A program made the position numbers and the translations under genes. The notes below the pieces were generated by a model. It searched no databases and was not told where the DNA came from. It saw only the letters and a program-made list of their open reading frames with translations. A stretch of 46,580 nucleotides of DNA from an uncultured Candidatus Poseidoniales archaeon. GTDB lineage: Archaea > Thermoplasmatota > Poseidoniia > Poseidoniales > Thalassarchaeaceae. This document shows, piece after piece, positions 45,783 to 46,580 of the stretch. Position 1 is the stretch's first letter. Every line of letters starts with the position of its first letter. The DNA lies in NCBI GenBank assembly GCA_964343205.1, contig CAYFID010000003.1:1-46580 (forward strand), read 5' to 3'.

Positions 45783-46352
45783 TTTTTTCCTTAGTATGAA
45801 TCCCATCAGAGTGATAATTAGGAACAGGGCCAGGAGACCCACGTCCCCCAACAATGGGTCACTCATCGGCTTTACCCATGAATCAATATGATGCAGTCCG
45901 TCATATGAATAGCCCTTCGTCCAAACAACTTTGGTTTGGCCCCAGTCATCATTACAAATTTCCCTCATGTTTGCAATTCCGGTTGAGCATAGAATGGTCC
46001 CAAACCCAAATACCATGTTATACCCGACCCCAAACATGCCCAATAATCCTGACAGCATCAACATGTATCTCCTGGATCCCTTTGTATTATCCTCTGATGA
46101 CTTAGAATCCAGCATCTCGGGAACGAATTCCGGAAGACTAACATCGCTTGAAATTGGGACAGTTTCTCGGGGTTCTGCTATAGTAGCAATCTCAGGAGCT
46201 GATATGCCCATTTCCTCTAGAGCTTCACTCCCGTAAATCCTCTCAGCCATAACGTATAGTCCGGCATCATCTTCAATCTCTGTCGGATTAATCTCTCCAG
46301 AGAGGAGCCTCCTAACAGCTTCATGATCAGGCATTATGGAATATTCTGCCAA
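45744..46352 (-). CDS. Membrane hypothetical protein (2 TM helices)
   Basis: Acidic N-domain, two hydrophobic segments flanking a loop with two Cys. Confidence 0.65.
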   Translation of the reverse strand: MAEYSIMPDHEAVRRLLSGEINPTEIEDDAGLYVMAERIYGSEALEEMGISAPEIATIAEPRETVPISSDVSLPEFVPEMLDSKSSEDNTKGSRRYMLMLSGLLGMFGVGYNMVFGFGTILCSTGIANMREICNDDWGQTKVVWTKGYSYDGLHHIDSWVKPMSDPLLGDVGLLALFLIITLMGFILRKKSVHPSNVLPLSS

Positions 46353-46395
46353 TCCCGACCCCTATCAAATGAACCCAACTATGAGCTTGCACAAG

Positions 46396-46578
46396 TCATG
46401 TTTTGCGGTGAATGGCTTTTCGTGCAGCCAAACAAATTTCTTCTGAAGATAACCCCATCATGGCCATAAGTTCCGACGTACTCCCACTCTCTCCGAACCT
46501 GTCCCTGACGCCAACCATCTCCATTGGAGCAGGGTGATTAGTTGCGAGCCACTCTGATACTGCACTGCCCAGTCCACC
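46396..46578 (-). CDS. Transketolase C-terminal domain (partial; gene begins beyond the window)
   Basis: Hand translation: GGLGSAVSEWLATNHPAPMEMVGVRDRFGESGSTSELMAMMGLSSEEICLAARKAIHRKT-stop. Confidence 0.85.
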   Translation of the reverse strand, partial: GGLGSAVSEWLATNHPAPMEMVGVRDRFGESGSTSELMAMMGLSSEEICLAARKAIHRKT

Positions 46579-46580
46579 AA

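Overview
Gene-dense archaeal core-genome segment. It is most consistent with Marine Group II Euryarchaeota (Ca. Poseidoniales, Thermoplasmatota), inferred from archaeal-type information genes, an acidic PGF-CTERM surface protein, archaeosortase A and bacterial-type thiolase and type 1 IDI. In order: a 5'-truncated Ca-binding surface protein, aIF5A, OPT and DMT transporters, trmY/srp54, trkA/trkH, rfcL/glyS, a ~1765-aa Lhr helicase, artA, gmhA/gmhB-like genes, tiaS, purB, dph6, the proteasome-exosome superoperon (psmA-SBDS-rrp4-rrp41-rrp42-rpl37ae-pcc1-pfdB), UbiD-TPR-NUDIX, rps12-rps7-EF2, an IDI1-GGPP synthase fusion, IPK, kptA, thiolase, coaBC, proS and a transketolase C-terminal fragment. 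No tRNA, rRNA, CRISPR or mobile element was recognised. The most interesting signals are a split isoprenoid (archaeal mevalonate) cluster with a fused isomerase-prenyltransferase, an Lhr with an apparently duplicated AlkZ-like tail, possible CTG/ATT start codons, and a high-GC left end. All calls come from motif recognition by eye; no searches were run.
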